Shown here piece by piece: positions 30,839 to 40,709 of a stretch of DNA of 64,000 nucleotides. The stretch spans positions 1,122 to 65,121 of the forward strand of contig JACPDX010000034.1 of the NCBI GenBank assembly GCA_016183805.1, read 5' to 3'. This DNA comes from Bacteroidota bacterium. GTDB lineage: Bacteria; Bacteroidota; Bacteroidia; Flavobacteriales_E; Vicingaceae. Position 1 is the first letter of the stretch, and every line of letters starts with the position of its first letter. Position numbers and translations under genes: made by a program. Below the pieces are notes generated by a model, which was given only the letters and a program-made list of their open reading frames with translations, did no database searches and had not been told where the DNA came from.

Positions 30839-31765
30839 TTGAATAATAAGGCAAGATACAAATATTTTAATTTAGTTGTAAAAACTTTAATTGGTATAGC
30901 ATCAGTACTTTTTATTTACTTCAAAATTAAAGATAGTTTTATCGCCCAATACCAAGATTTTTTTTCATTATCGATTAATTATTTCTTTTTGTTTCTTGTA
31001 TTTTTACTCAGTTTTTTAAATTGGGGAATCGAAACATATAAATGGCGGTTCGCAGTTTTAAAAATACAGTATTTAGATTTTTTTACTGCGTTAAAAATTA
31101 TATTTACAGGAATTACACTTAGTTTAATAACTCCCAATCGGGTGGGTGAAATACCTGCTCGTGCGTACCTTTTAAATAATCCAGTGCATTTAAAATCAAT
31201 TGTTTATGTAACCGTTATTAGTTCGTTTTCGCAATTAATCGTTACATTAATGATTGGTTTGTTAGGGGTGGTTTATACTTTAAGCTTGATTGATATTCAT
31301 TTAAGCGGAACATTTGTTGTATTTATAACATGTTTAACCATATTACTTTTTTTGATGTTTATTTTTTCTAATCAACTAAAAAATTTCTTCTTAAAAATAT
31401 TTCATAAAGATAATTTCGTTCAATTTAATAGTATAGAAATCCTTAAAATTTTAGGGTTTAGTTTTCTTCGGTATTTTGTGTTTTGTATTCAGTATTTACT
31501 AATATTAGAGGCTTTAGAAATACATTTTACCGAATTTATTATGTTGTGGTTAATTCCGGTTTGCTTTTTATTAGCGTCTTCAATTCCTACTTTTGTTTTA
31601 TCAGAAATAGGAGTTAGAAGTTCGGTTGCTATTCTTGTTTTTGGAGTACTCACCAATAATGATTTAAGTATTGTTTTAGCCGCTAGTTTGTTATGGATGA
31701 TTAATATTGGTTTACCTGCAATTTATGGATTGTTTTTTTTGAAACAAATTAAAATAAAAAATTGA
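30839..31765 (+). CDS. Lysylphosphatidylglycerol-synthase-like TM protein (UPF0104 flippase-like)
   Basis: Multi-pass hydrophobic; WGIETYKWR, TPNRVGEIPAR, SEIGVRSS. Confidence 0.8.
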   Translation: MNNKARYKYFNLVVKTLIGIASVLFIYFKIKDSFIAQYQDFFSLSINYFFLFLVFLLSFLNWGIETYKWRFAVLKIQYLDFFTALKIIFTGITLSLITPNRVGEIPARAYLLNNPVHLKSIVYVTVISSFSQLIVTLMIGLLGVVYTLSLIDIHLSGTFVVFITCLTILLFLMFIFSNQLKNFFLKIFHKDNFVQFNSIEILKILGFSFLRYFVFCIQYLLILEALEIHFTEFIMLWLIPVCFLLASSIPTFVLSEIGVRSSVAILVFGVLTNNDLSIVLAASLLWMINIGLPAIYGLFFLKQIKIKN

Positions 31766-32886
31766 CACTATTACTATATATATATACGGCAATCATCTTA
31801 GTATATGTTTTTTCGTTTGTTCTTGTAACAATCGGGTTTTACAAACAAATAATGCATCAGAATAAGTTGCTTATTACAAAAAACGAAGAGTTAAAAATTA
31901 GTGTCGTAATTGCTGTTCGGAACGAAGAATTAACGATAGGCAACTGTGTTGAATCAATATTTAATCAAAAAAATAATCATGATTATTTTGAAATTATTAT
32001 TGTTGATGATCACTCAACAGATGACACTATTGAGGTATTAAGAAGATTGGCTGAAAAGTATAAAAATGTAAGTTTCTATCAATTGTCGAATACTTACTCA
32101 AAAAAAGAGGCTATCAAGTATGGCGTTAGTTTAGCTAATAACAAAATTATTGCAACCACCGATTCAGATTGTATATTACCTCTAAATTGGTTAAATTCAA
32201 TTTTAAATAAGTTTAATGCAGAAAACGACTTTCTTTTTGGACCTGTTGTTTTAGAGGATAAACCTACGTTTTTAAATAAATTCCAACAATTAGATTTTTT
32301 TGCTATGCAGGGTTTAACATTTGGTACTTCATATTTTAATTACCCAATTTTATGTAATGCGGCAAATATGGGGTTTAAAAAAGACGATTACATGAGTTTT
32401 AATGATAAAATGGAAAACAAAACACCATCAGGTGATGATGTTTTCTTATTACACCAATTCAAAAAAAACAAACGAGTTATTACTGCTTTTTTAAACAAAA
32501 ATTTCATTGTGCAAACAGCGGCTGAAGATAATTTTATGGGTTTCATTCATCAGAGAATACGATGGGCCTCTAAAAGTAAATTATATAAAAATAATTTGTT
32601 GCTGTTTTTTAGTTATTTAGTGTTTTTTAGCAACGTGTCTATGTTGTTCATCTACTATCACATTGCATTTATCGAACAAAACAGGGGTGTTTATATAATC
32701 TTGTTACTAAGTAAATGGGTTATTGATTTTATATTATTATTTTTGATTGCATCTTTCTTCAATAAAAGAAAATTGATGAAATATTTTTTGCCAACACAAT
32801 TCTTATATCCTTTTTATATTATTGGTGTAGGTTTTATTTCTCAGTTTATTAAATTTACATGGAAAGGAAGAACATATAATGGGTAA
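31762..32886 (+). CDS. GT2-family glycosyltransferase, membrane-bound
   Basis: SVVIAVRNEE, VDDHSTD, TTDSDC, GDDVF, QRIRWASK. Confidence 0.92.
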   Translation: MTLLLYIYTAIILVYVFSFVLVTIGFYKQIMHQNKLLITKNEELKISVVIAVRNEELTIGNCVESIFNQKNNHDYFEIIIVDDHSTDDTIEVLRRLAEKYKNVSFYQLSNTYSKKEAIKYGVSLANNKIIATTDSDCILPLNWLNSILNKFNAENDFLFGPVVLEDKPTFLNKFQQLDFFAMQGLTFGTSYFNYPILCNAANMGFKKDDYMSFNDKMENKTPSGDDVFLLHQFKKNKRVITAFLNKNFIVQTAAEDNFMGFIHQRIRWASKSKLYKNNLLLFFSYLVFFSNVSMLFIYYHIAFIEQNRGVYIILLLSKWVIDFILLFLIASFFNKRKLMKYFLPTQFLYPFYIIGVGFISQFIKFTWKGRTYNG

Positions 32887-34036
32887 AGAAAACAAAGAAA
32901 TATACTCTAAATCATTAACGTATCACGCATGGCAAAGGCTTAAAAAAAATAAGCTTGCAGTTTTTGGGATGTTAATCATACTGGCTGCTACTTTAGTTGC
33001 ATTAATGGGGCCTGTTATACGTCCGGATTCTTCACCAAAAGCAAATAATCAAATACTTGAAATTACAACTCGAAAACCGGGATTTACTATTGATATATTA
33101 AAGATTAGAAAAAATGAAGAAAAACAATCGAGAAGTTTTTGGGCTTTATTTTCGACAGGTTTAGAAAGTAACTATAAACTTATACCGATTTATGATTACA
33201 GTTTTGAAGGTACCAATATTGTTGTTGAAAAATACACAGGAAATGAAATAAACAACGGTCAAATTTTGAGATTTAATTTAGCGGAAGTAGTGTATCCTTT
33301 GGATGAATTACAGCATGAAATAGAAAATAATAATATAGTAAGTCAGAGTTATATTTTGGGAACCGACAAATATGGCAGAGATTTACTGAGCAGACTAATG
33401 GCAGGAGCATGGATTTCGTTGTCAGTTGGATTTATTTCCGTATTTATTTCTTTAGTTATTGGTATTTCACTTGGAGCAATTGCAGGTTATTATAGAGGTT
33501 GGGTAGATGATGTAATTATTTGGGTAATCAATGTGGTTTGGTCTATTCCAACTTTATTATTGGTTATTGCTATTACATTGGCTTTAGGTAAAGATTTTTG
33601 GCAAGTTTTTGTTGCTGTTGGTTTAACCATGTGGGTTGAAGTAGCTAGGGTAGTACGTGGGCAAGTATTAAGTTTGAGAGAAAAGGAATTTGTTGAAGCA
33701 GGAAAAGCTTTAGGGTTTAATGATAAAAGAATAATTTTAAAACACATTATTCCTAATGTGTTAGGTCCTGTAATTGTAATCTCTGCAATAAATTTTGCCG
33801 CAGCAATTTTAATTGAAGCAGGATTGAGTTATTTAGGAATCGGAGCTCAACCACCTCAAGCTACTTGGGGTAAAATGATTTCTGAACATAAAGGTTATAT
33901 AATAACTGGAGATGCCTATTTAGCCATTTTGCCGGGCGTTGCAATTATTTTAATGGTATTGGCTTTTGTATTAGTTGGGAATGGTTTGCGTGATGCCTTA
34001 GATTCAAAATCGGTTGATGATTTGCCTACTGTTTAA
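32879..34036 (+). CDS. Peptide ABC transporter permease (OppC/DppC-like)
   Basis: LGTDKYGRDLLSRL, EAA loop EFVEAGKALG, KHIIPN, GLSYLGIG, GNGLRDALD. Confidence 0.9.
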   Translation: MGKENKEIYSKSLTYHAWQRLKKNKLAVFGMLIILAATLVALMGPVIRPDSSPKANNQILEITTRKPGFTIDILKIRKNEEKQSRSFWALFSTGLESNYKLIPIYDYSFEGTNIVVEKYTGNEINNGQILRFNLAEVVYPLDELQHEIENNNIVSQSYILGTDKYGRDLLSRLMAGAWISLSVGFISVFISLVIGISLGAIAGYYRGWVDDVIIWVINVVWSIPTLLLVIAITLALGKDFWQVFVAVGLTMWVEVARVVRGQVLSLREKEFVEAGKALGFNDKRIILKHIIPNVLGPVIVISAINFAAAILIEAGLSYLGIGAQPPQATWGKMISEHKGYIITGDAYLAILPGVAIILMVLAFVLVGNGLRDALDSKSVDDLPTV

Positions 34037-35424
34037 AATAAAAGAAGGCAACTCGTAAAAATTATTATTCCCAAAACCATTAACATTAGCGTGTAAGGCA
34101 AAATTTGTTTTGCTTTTAAACCAGTGATACCAAGCAACGGTAATGCCCAAAATGGTTGAAGCATATTGGTGAGTTGGTCGCCATAGGCTAAGGCTAAAAT
34201 ACTTTTAGGCAGAGAAATTCCTAGTTCTAATGCCGATTGAATAATAATAGGCCCTTGAATAGCCCATTGACCACCACCACTAGGTACAAAAACATTTACT
34301 AATCCTGCACTTAAAAAAGTATAAATTGGAAAAGTAACTTCAGTAGAAACGGCGATAAAAAATTCAGAAATATCAGTTACTAGCCCAGAGCCTTTCATTA
34401 TTCCCATAATGCCAAAGTATAATGGAAATTGAATAAGAATGCCAGATGCACCTACAATAGCGTCATCAATTGCTGAAAGAAAACTACTAAAATTTGAATG
34501 AAACAAAATGGCCAAAGACAATAGAAGTAAATTGATGTTGTTTGGTGTGAAAAAATCTAAAAAATTATAGTGATAATCAACAACAATTTTATAAGAAATA
34601 AAGAGTAAAATAATACCACCAAAAAACAAAGAAAATAGCTTAGAATGGTCAAGTTTTTCGGCTCCGGAAATAATGGAGTTGTTGAACAATTCGGTTTTGT
34701 TTGAAGGTAATGTGATTAATTGGTGTTTTGTTTTTTTACCAATAAAATACATGGCAATAGGCAAAATTGTAATTACTAAAAAGATAACTACAAGGTTCAT
34801 GTTAGAACCGACAGTTTCCCAGTAGGAAATTCTTTCTGGCAACAAAGTGATTTGTTCAGTAGAAAGAAATCCGCTCATCATTTCTTTAAGATGATTTGGT
34901 TCAGCCACTTTACTTAACGAAGAACCAGATAAACCACCATGCCAAACCATTAAGCCAGAATAACCAGCTGCTCCAATTAATGGATAATTTATTTTCAATT
35001 TATTTTTTTGAGCAAATTCTGCAATTTTTCGAGCGAAAATAGCTCCAAAAATTAAGCCTAGTCCCCAATTGAATAAACTTACCAATATGGTTAAAAGCGT
35101 AACTAAGAAAGCAGCTTTAGCCGTATTGGTACACTGTTTAACCAATAATTTAATAATAGTATCTACAGGTTTAGAAAGAGCTAAAACATGCCCAAGCACT
35201 AGCATTAACATCATTTGCATAGCAAAAACCAATGATGACGAATTCCAAATACCTTCCTCCCAATGTTTTAGTAATTCAAAAGTGTATGAGATAGATGATT
35301 GATGGGGCGAGTTAGTGAAAATTAAGGCAATAAAAAAAGTTACAATAGAGAGCACTATGGCTATAGTAAATGGAGTGGGGAGGAGGTATTTAAAAACTCT
35401 TGTATAACTATCTGTAAAACTCAT
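34033..35424 (-). CDS. atoE: Short-chain fatty acid transporter (AtoE family)
   Basis: LPTPFTIA, FAMQMMLMLVLG, WHGGLSGS, PSGGGQWAIQGP, YGDQLTNMLQPFWALP. Confidence 0.85.
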   Translation of the reverse strand: MSFTDSYTRVFKYLLPTPFTIAIVLSIVTFFIALIFTNSPHQSSISYTFELLKHWEEGIWNSSSLVFAMQMMLMLVLGHVLALSKPVDTIIKLLVKQCTNTAKAAFLVTLLTILVSLFNWGLGLIFGAIFARKIAEFAQKNKLKINYPLIGAAGYSGLMVWHGGLSGSSLSKVAEPNHLKEMMSGFLSTEQITLLPERISYWETVGSNMNLVVIFLVITILPIAMYFIGKKTKHQLITLPSNKTELFNNSIISGAEKLDHSKLFSLFFGGIILLFISYKIVVDYHYNFLDFFTPNNINLLLLSLAILFHSNFSSFLSAIDDAIVGASGILIQFPLYFGIMGIMKGSGLVTDISEFFIAVSTEVTFPIYTFLSAGLVNVFVPSGGGQWAIQGPIIIQSALELGISLPKSILALAYGDQLTNMLQPFWALPLLGITGLKAKQILPYTLMLMVLGIIIFTSCLLLF

Positions 35425-35434
35425 TTAGGTTTAT

Positions 35435-36271
35435 TTAGCCAAGTAAAATTTTCCAAGCATTTATGATTTCACCCTTTTCAATTAGTTTTTTTGCCTCAGT
35501 ATAAATATCAACAGTATTCTTCGAATAGTTATTTATTTCTTCTTGTATTGGTAGAGCTTCTACACTGGCTAACAATGCTAAATCATTACCACTAAAAAAT
35601 TTATTTTTTTTAATGTGTTCAGGAATTTGGTCAATGCCGATACCAATAGTAGTTAAAGGTTTTGCAATTTCGAACATGGAGTTTTCGTCGGCTCTACAAT
35701 ACCAATTTCCTCCCATACGACTAACCAAATCAATTTTCTTTTGGTCAATCAACCCATTTTCATCTAATAATTCCTCTTTTATATGAATCCTTAAAACTTC
35801 ACAAATAATAAGGTTTCCAGCACCTCCATTTTGACCAAGTTCTATTATTTGGTTTACTTTACACTCAAACTGAACAGGCGATTCTTTAACTCTAAATGGT
35901 TTTACTAGGTCAGATTTTATTGGAGTTAAACCTGCTTTTATAAATTCATCAACATCTTTTGCATAAGGAGAACTTGATAGTGACATTTGTTGTACAATAT
36001 CATAATTTACTACATTTATAACTACTTCAGGAACTTCTTTTACATTATCAAAAGTATTTTTAGTTTGCCCTGTTTTACCACTTCGTGCAGGAGAAAAAAT
36101 TAAAATGGGCGGAGCGGCACTAAACACATTAAAAAAACTGAACGGACTTAAATTTCTATTTCCATTTTTGTCTATAGTGCTAGCAAAAGCAATAGGTCGA
36201 GGGCCTATTGCCCCCAACAAATATTGATGAATTTTTTGAGTAGTTAAATCACTTGCGTTTACAGAAAGCAT
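35435..36271 (-). CDS. Flavin reductase-like family protein
   Basis: PRPIAFAST, NLSPFSFFN, PFRVKESPVQFEC, RMGGNWY. Confidence 0.88.
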   Translation of the reverse strand: MLSVNASDLTTQKIHQYLLGAIGPRPIAFASTIDKNGNRNLSPFSFFNVFSAAPPILIFSPARSGKTGQTKNTFDNVKEVPEVVINVVNYDIVQQMSLSSSPYAKDVDEFIKAGLTPIKSDLVKPFRVKESPVQFECKVNQIIELGQNGGAGNLIICEVLRIHIKEELLDENGLIDQKKIDLVSRMGGNWYCRADENSMFEIAKPLTTIGIGIDQIPEHIKKNKFFSGNDLALLASVEALPIQEEINNYSKNTVDIYTEAKKLIEKGEIINAWKILLG

Positions 36272-36273
36272 TT

Positions 36274-37083
36274 TTAAGGGATTACTAATTCATAATTATT
36301 CTCGTATATCGACACATTAATTTTATCATCACAGCCAGATCCAAAATTTAAAATACGAGTAGTTAAATTGTTGGGCTTAACATCCACTATGCCTGAATTT
36401 ATCCAATTGCAGTTTCCCGCTAAATTTAAATCGGTTGTAATTTGTGATGTAAAACTATTTCCTTTAAAAGCTATTCCTGTATTTGAGCCACTTATCGAAT
36501 AAATATCGTCACTGGTTTCTATAGTTGATTTCCCTTGAATAATACGTAATTGATGATTCCCGGAGTAAAATATTTTTTGATTATTGGTATTTAAAATTTT
36601 CAGTTCATTAAAACTTATCGAATAAGTAGGAAACGAATCGGTTAAACCAATATATTGATATGACATGGAACCAGACATAACAGTAAAACCGTTATAGCTG
36701 AAATCAGAAAATACTAGGGTAGTTGTTGTGCCAGTATTGTCGTAAAAGCCATTAAAAGAAGCAGACAAGGAACCATTTCTAACAATTCCATTATAGTTAC
36801 AGTTGCTATTAAACTTTATAGTTAATGTTTTAGGGTTGCTTAATGTATCAACAGTAATAGTATCGCAATTAAAAACAGTATTTGTATCCATAGTAGTTGA
36901 TGATACAATTCCTGAAGAAGAGTAGGCGGCTTGATGGATGGTTTTAAAAACATCATAAACCAAATTAGTTGAAAACGCCACATCAGCTGAAGAATTTGTG
37001 GTAACATCTTCGTCTCTATCAGATTTTTTGCAACCAAGTAGTACAACTGTAACTATTAAGATAATGAAGCTTCCTTTTTTCAT
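36274..37083 (-). CDS. Uncharacterised lipoprotein
   Basis: Lipobox LLG-C; beta-rich with Cys pairs; TLTIKFNSNC...RNG pattern common in Bacteroidota lipoproteins. Confidence 0.75.
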   Translation of the reverse strand: MKKGSFIILIVTVVLLGCKKSDRDEDVTTNSSADVAFSTNLVYDVFKTIHQAAYSSSGIVSSTTMDTNTVFNCDTITVDTLSNPKTLTIKFNSNCNYNGIVRNGSLSASFNGFYDNTGTTTTLVFSDFSYNGFTVMSGSMSYQYIGLTDSFPTYSISFNELKILNTNNQKIFYSGNHQLRIIQGKSTIETSDDIYSISGSNTGIAFKGNSFTSQITTDLNLAGNCNWINSGIVDVKPNNLTTRILNFGSGCDDKINVSIYENNYELVIP

Positions 37084-37113
37084 AATTGAAAGAAATAATT
37101 AATAAAAACTAAA

Positions 37114-37623
37114 TTAGTTTATTTTTTGATATACAGCAAAAGTATAAGAATGTTTGTGTTTTTCATCTTTTTCATGAAATTCATTCTTTTCCATTTTCCA
37201 TTGTTTTAAATCTAATATTGGAAAAAAAGTATCGCCTTCAAAATTTTCGTGTACATGAGTAATGTACAATTTGTCAACAAGATTTTTTTCTAGAGCCTCT
37301 TTATAGATTTGACCACCTCCAATAATAAAAACTTCGTTTTCACCATTTCCTTTTGCAAAGTTTAAAGCATCTTCTAACGAATGTTTAATGACACAATTTT
37401 CTTCTTTAAAACTTGAATCTTTTGTTAAAACAATATTTGTACGATTTATTAGAGGTCTAAATTTTTCTGGAATAGAAACATAATTTTTTCTACCTGTAAT
37501 AATATGGTGGTTTAAAGTAGTTTCTTTAAAATACTTCATATCGTTTGGTAAATGCCAAATTAAATTATTGTTATAACCAATAACATTGTTTTCAGCAACA
37601 GCTACTATTAAAGAAACTATCAT
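37114..37623 (-). CDS. folA: Dihydrofolate reductase
   Basis: VIGYNNNLIWHLPNDMKYFK, ITGRKNY, RPLINR, IIGGGQIY, GDTFFP; ATG 37623 overlaps the upstream TGA (ATGA). Confidence 0.95.
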   Translation of the reverse strand: MIVSLIVAVAENNVIGYNNNLIWHLPNDMKYFKETTLNHHIITGRKNYVSIPEKFRPLINRTNIVLTKDSSFKEENCVIKHSLEDALNFAKGNGENEVFIIGGGQIYKEALEKNLVDKLYITHVHENFEGDTFFPILDLKQWKMEKNEFHEKDEKHKHSYTFAVYQKIN

Positions 37624-39371
37624 AGTTTTCTCAACCATTTTTTGTAAACAATATTTTCGGAATCATCTTTTTTTGTCAGGTTGTAACTTGTTGATTTGCT
37701 TTCAATTAAAGGAAATTCTATAGTTTGTATAATATTATCCCGACTAATTAATACAGAAATTTTATCGCCTATTTTTTTATAGTTAATGAAATCACTAAAA
37801 CTGCCTTCAAACCTTAACCCATTTACGGCAATAATTTCGTCGCCAACATTTAAACCGCTATCGTAGGCTGATGTATTACGAGTAATACTTTTGATATAAT
37901 TGTTGGAAAAAGAAATTCCTAAACTGATTTTTTTGTTGTCGAGTATCAACATTTCATAATTCGCATAATTAAAAATGGTTTTGTAATCAAAAGTCTCAGT
38001 ACCAAAAACATATTTATCAAAGAATGGGGTTAAATCTAATCCGGAAATTTGCTCCAAGGCTTTTCTCATTTCTGTAATATTAAATCCACGTGCTTGTTTT
38101 TTATAATATTCTTGATAAAGAAATTTCATTGCATCATCTAACGATTTTTCCCCTTGTGTGGATTCTGCAATCATTAAATCTAACATGTTGGCAATAACAG
38201 CACCTTTGGTATAATATGAAATGCTTGTATTGTAGCTATTTTCATTGGGTCGATATCCTTTTATCCAAGCATTAAAACTTGATTCTGCTGCAGATTGAAC
38301 TTTGTTTCCAGGTTGATTTTCAATACTATTGATAGAACCGGCTAGTTTCCGGATAATTTCATCTTCAGTATATATTCCAGCTCGATACAACAAAAGTTCA
38401 TCATAATAGCTGGTAAAACCCTCCATTACCCAAAGCAAGTCAGTATAGTTTTCATTGTTGTAATCAAACGGACCTAAAACATCGGGTCTGATTCTTTTTA
38501 CATTCCACAAATGAAAATATTCGTGAGCAACCAAACTCAAAAACCCTTTGTAATCCTCTCCTTCATAAGTCCACCTGTTTACTTGAAGCGTGGTAGAGCT
38601 TAAGTGCTCTAAGCCACCCCCACCTTTTGTTAAATTGTGAATAATAAAAGTGTATTCCTTGTTCGGATTTTCTCCAAAAACATCGGTTGCAGCTTCAATT
38701 ACCTTTGCCATGTCTGTTTTTAATTTTTCCACATTATAATTACCTTGTCCATACATAGCCACGTAATGTGTTAATCCGGCAGCATTAAAACTAAATGTTT
38801 CATGATTACCAATTTCTACAGGGGAATCTACTAAAATATCATAATTTGGAGCTTCATATTTAAACTCGGTAGTGCTTGTTTTTTTTAGAGATGTACTCAC
38901 TTTTTTCCAATCCTTGTAAGGAATTATTTTTAGAGTAGTAGGTTGATTTTTTAGTTCGTCAATATACATAAACATACTTGTACCATTAAAATAACCATGT
39001 GAGGCATCTACAAAACTGTTTCTCACACTCAATTCATTTGCATAAACAAGGTAACTTACTTTAATGTCTGTTGCATTGTTGGAGTATATTCTCCAAGTAT
39101 TTTTGTTGAGCTGTGTAGTTTTTATTTCTTTTTGATTAGAAAAAACCTGAAATTTTTCAACATTTTTTGAGAACTCTCGTATAAGGTACGAACCGGGTGC
39201 CCAAACAGGCATTTGGATGTCAAGGTATTCTTTTTTATAGTCGGTTATGAATATGCTAACTTCAAAATAATGAGTGTGTGGTTTAGACATATTCACTTCA
39301 TAGTTAACAGATGAAGAAGAAAATAGTGATTGTGAAATAAAAATTGAAATAATAAAGATAAATATTTTCAT
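37620..39371 (-). CDS. M61-family glycyl aminopeptidase with C-terminal PDZ domain
   Basis: PVWAPGSY, GGGLEH, HEYFHLWN, WVMEGFTSYY, SYYTKG, PDZ GLNVGDEIIAVNG. Confidence 0.93.
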   Translation of the reverse strand: MKIFIFIISIFISQSLFSSSSVNYEVNMSKPHTHYFEVSIFITDYKKEYLDIQMPVWAPGSYLIREFSKNVEKFQVFSNQKEIKTTQLNKNTWRIYSNNATDIKVSYLVYANELSVRNSFVDASHGYFNGTSMFMYIDELKNQPTTLKIIPYKDWKKVSTSLKKTSTTEFKYEAPNYDILVDSPVEIGNHETFSFNAAGLTHYVAMYGQGNYNVEKLKTDMAKVIEAATDVFGENPNKEYTFIIHNLTKGGGGLEHLSSTTLQVNRWTYEGEDYKGFLSLVAHEYFHLWNVKRIRPDVLGPFDYNNENYTDLLWVMEGFTSYYDELLLYRAGIYTEDEIIRKLAGSINSIENQPGNKVQSAAESSFNAWIKGYRPNENSYNTSISYYTKGAVIANMLDLMIAESTQGEKSLDDAMKFLYQEYYKKQARGFNITEMRKALEQISGLDLTPFFDKYVFGTETFDYKTIFNYANYEMLILDNKKISLGISFSNNYIKSITRNTSAYDSGLNVGDEIIAVNGLRFEGSFSDFINYKKIGDKISVLISRDNIIQTIEFPLIESKSTSYNLTKKDDSENIVYKKWLRKL

Positions 39372-39514
39372 AGGTTGTAATGTTAAAAAAAGTTAAAAGT
39401 AAAAGTAACGAATAATAATTTCTTGGTAAAACTGTTAAATGTGTTAAGAAACAAAAATTAGTTTTTTTTTAATGAAATAATTTCTAAATTTATTCTCCTA
39501 AAATATTCTGAGCT

Positions 39515-39706
39515 ATGTCTAAAAAAACGTTAGAGTACACAAAAACACTCTTGAAAAAAGTAAGTTTTGATGTTAAACTATTCAGAAAAGAATTAGCAAA
39601 AGCGTATCAAAACCTGTTAGAAGAAGAAATTGAGGAGTTGAGAGAATGGGTAATTGTAAATTTTGGCGTTCAGTATTATTTGAACCCTATTTATGTTGTA
39701 AAGTAA
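39515..39706 (+). CDS. Small conserved Bacteroidota protein (63 aa)
   Basis: EYTKTLLKKVSFDxxLFRKEL pattern recognised from Bacteroidota small hypothetical proteins. Confidence 0.7.
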   Translation: MSKKTLEYTKTLLKKVSFDVKLFRKELAKAYQNLLEEEIEELREWVIVNFGVQYYLNPIYVVK

Positions 39707-39713
39707 TTAGCAA

Positions 39714-40100
39714 TTAAATTAACTCATATTCAATTGCAAATACATTACATTTTAACGTCGCTTTAATTTTATTGATGTCGCTTATGATTCTGTAATCATC
39801 AGGGTCATAATGCCAGAATATTTTTACCTCATCTGCATGTTCGGTAGTTAAGGTGTCTAGATTTTTAAGTATCTCAAATAAATATTTAGCAGATTCGGCA
39901 TTATAATATTCTAAATCAATTAATACATTGGTAATATGTTTTGGATTGTTGATGTATTGATTTACTACATCTATTATTCTTGGATAAAATTCCTTAGTAT
40001 TATCTAATGTAGATTTTCCTGTGAAATTTATAATTCCGTGTTCAAAGTCGATTAAAATTCTTGGGATTTTGGCAGATTCTTTAATTTCAAATTTATTCAT
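39714..40100 (-). CDS. DUF1987/SiaC-like protein, divergent
   Basis: IKESAKIPRI..D...G.I.F.GKS..DN..EFY, LEYYN.ES.K.LF.IL, V.IFWHYD pattern. Confidence 0.72.
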   Translation of the reverse strand: MNKFEIKESAKIPRILIDFEHGIINFTGKSTLDNTKEFYPRIIDVVNQYINNPKHITNVLIDLEYYNAESAKYLFEILKNLDTLTTEHADEVKIFWHYDPDDYRIISDINKIKATLKCNVFAIEYELI

Positions 40101-40176
40101 TGTTTTTCTTCAAAGTTAATTTTGAAGAACTTTTGAAAAGGAAATTTAATATTATTAGTTCGTTATTAAAATATTA

Positions 40177-40614
40177 TTACAACATTTTCACTTTCGCTAT
40201 ATCACTCTTATCAAATGGATAAGCGTTAAATGTCCCCATGGCTTTAGCCACCACTTCCCCTTTTTGGTTGTATATTTCACCAGAAGTTGAAATAATACGT
40301 TTCCCAGCGTTATCAACCCTTCCATAACCCTTTAAAACATCACCTAAATAAGCAGGTTTAAAGTAATTGAGTTTAAATTCAACAGTAGAAACTAATTTTT
40401 TATCCTGAGCAACCAAACTTAAAGCAGCGACACCAATTACACCATCCATCAATGCTGCAATCATGCCGCCATGTATGGTGTTTAATGTTGCTAAATGTTT
40501 TTCAAGAACTTCCGTTTCATAAATAATTTCACCAGGTTTTACCACAGTAAGTTTCATGTTGTTTTCTCGTCCGAAATTATTTACTTGATGGTATATTTCA
40601 ATTAAATGTTGCAT
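40177..40614 (-). CDS. PaaI-family hotdog thioesterase
   Basis: HGGMIAALMDGVIG, TVEFKLNYFKPA. Confidence 0.9.
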   Translation of the reverse strand: MQHLIEIYHQVNNFGRENNMKLTVVKPGEIIYETEVLEKHLATLNTIHGGMIAALMDGVIGVAALSLVAQDKKLVSTVEFKLNYFKPAYLGDVLKGYGRVDNAGKRIISTSGEIYNQKGEVVAKAMGTFNAYPFDKSDIAKVKML

Positions 40615-40652
40615 AAGTTTAAAAATTACGGTGATAATAATCAGTAATACTG

Positions 40653-40660
40653 CAAAAATA
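40653..40660 (-). promoter_or_regulatory. -7 promoter element for thioesterase gene
   Basis: TATTTTTG on the minus strand upstream of ATG 40614. Confidence 0.5.
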
Positions 40661-40709
40661 GTATCATAAAGTTTGGTAATTTAGTAATTCCAAATTAAAA
40701 TAAAAAAAA

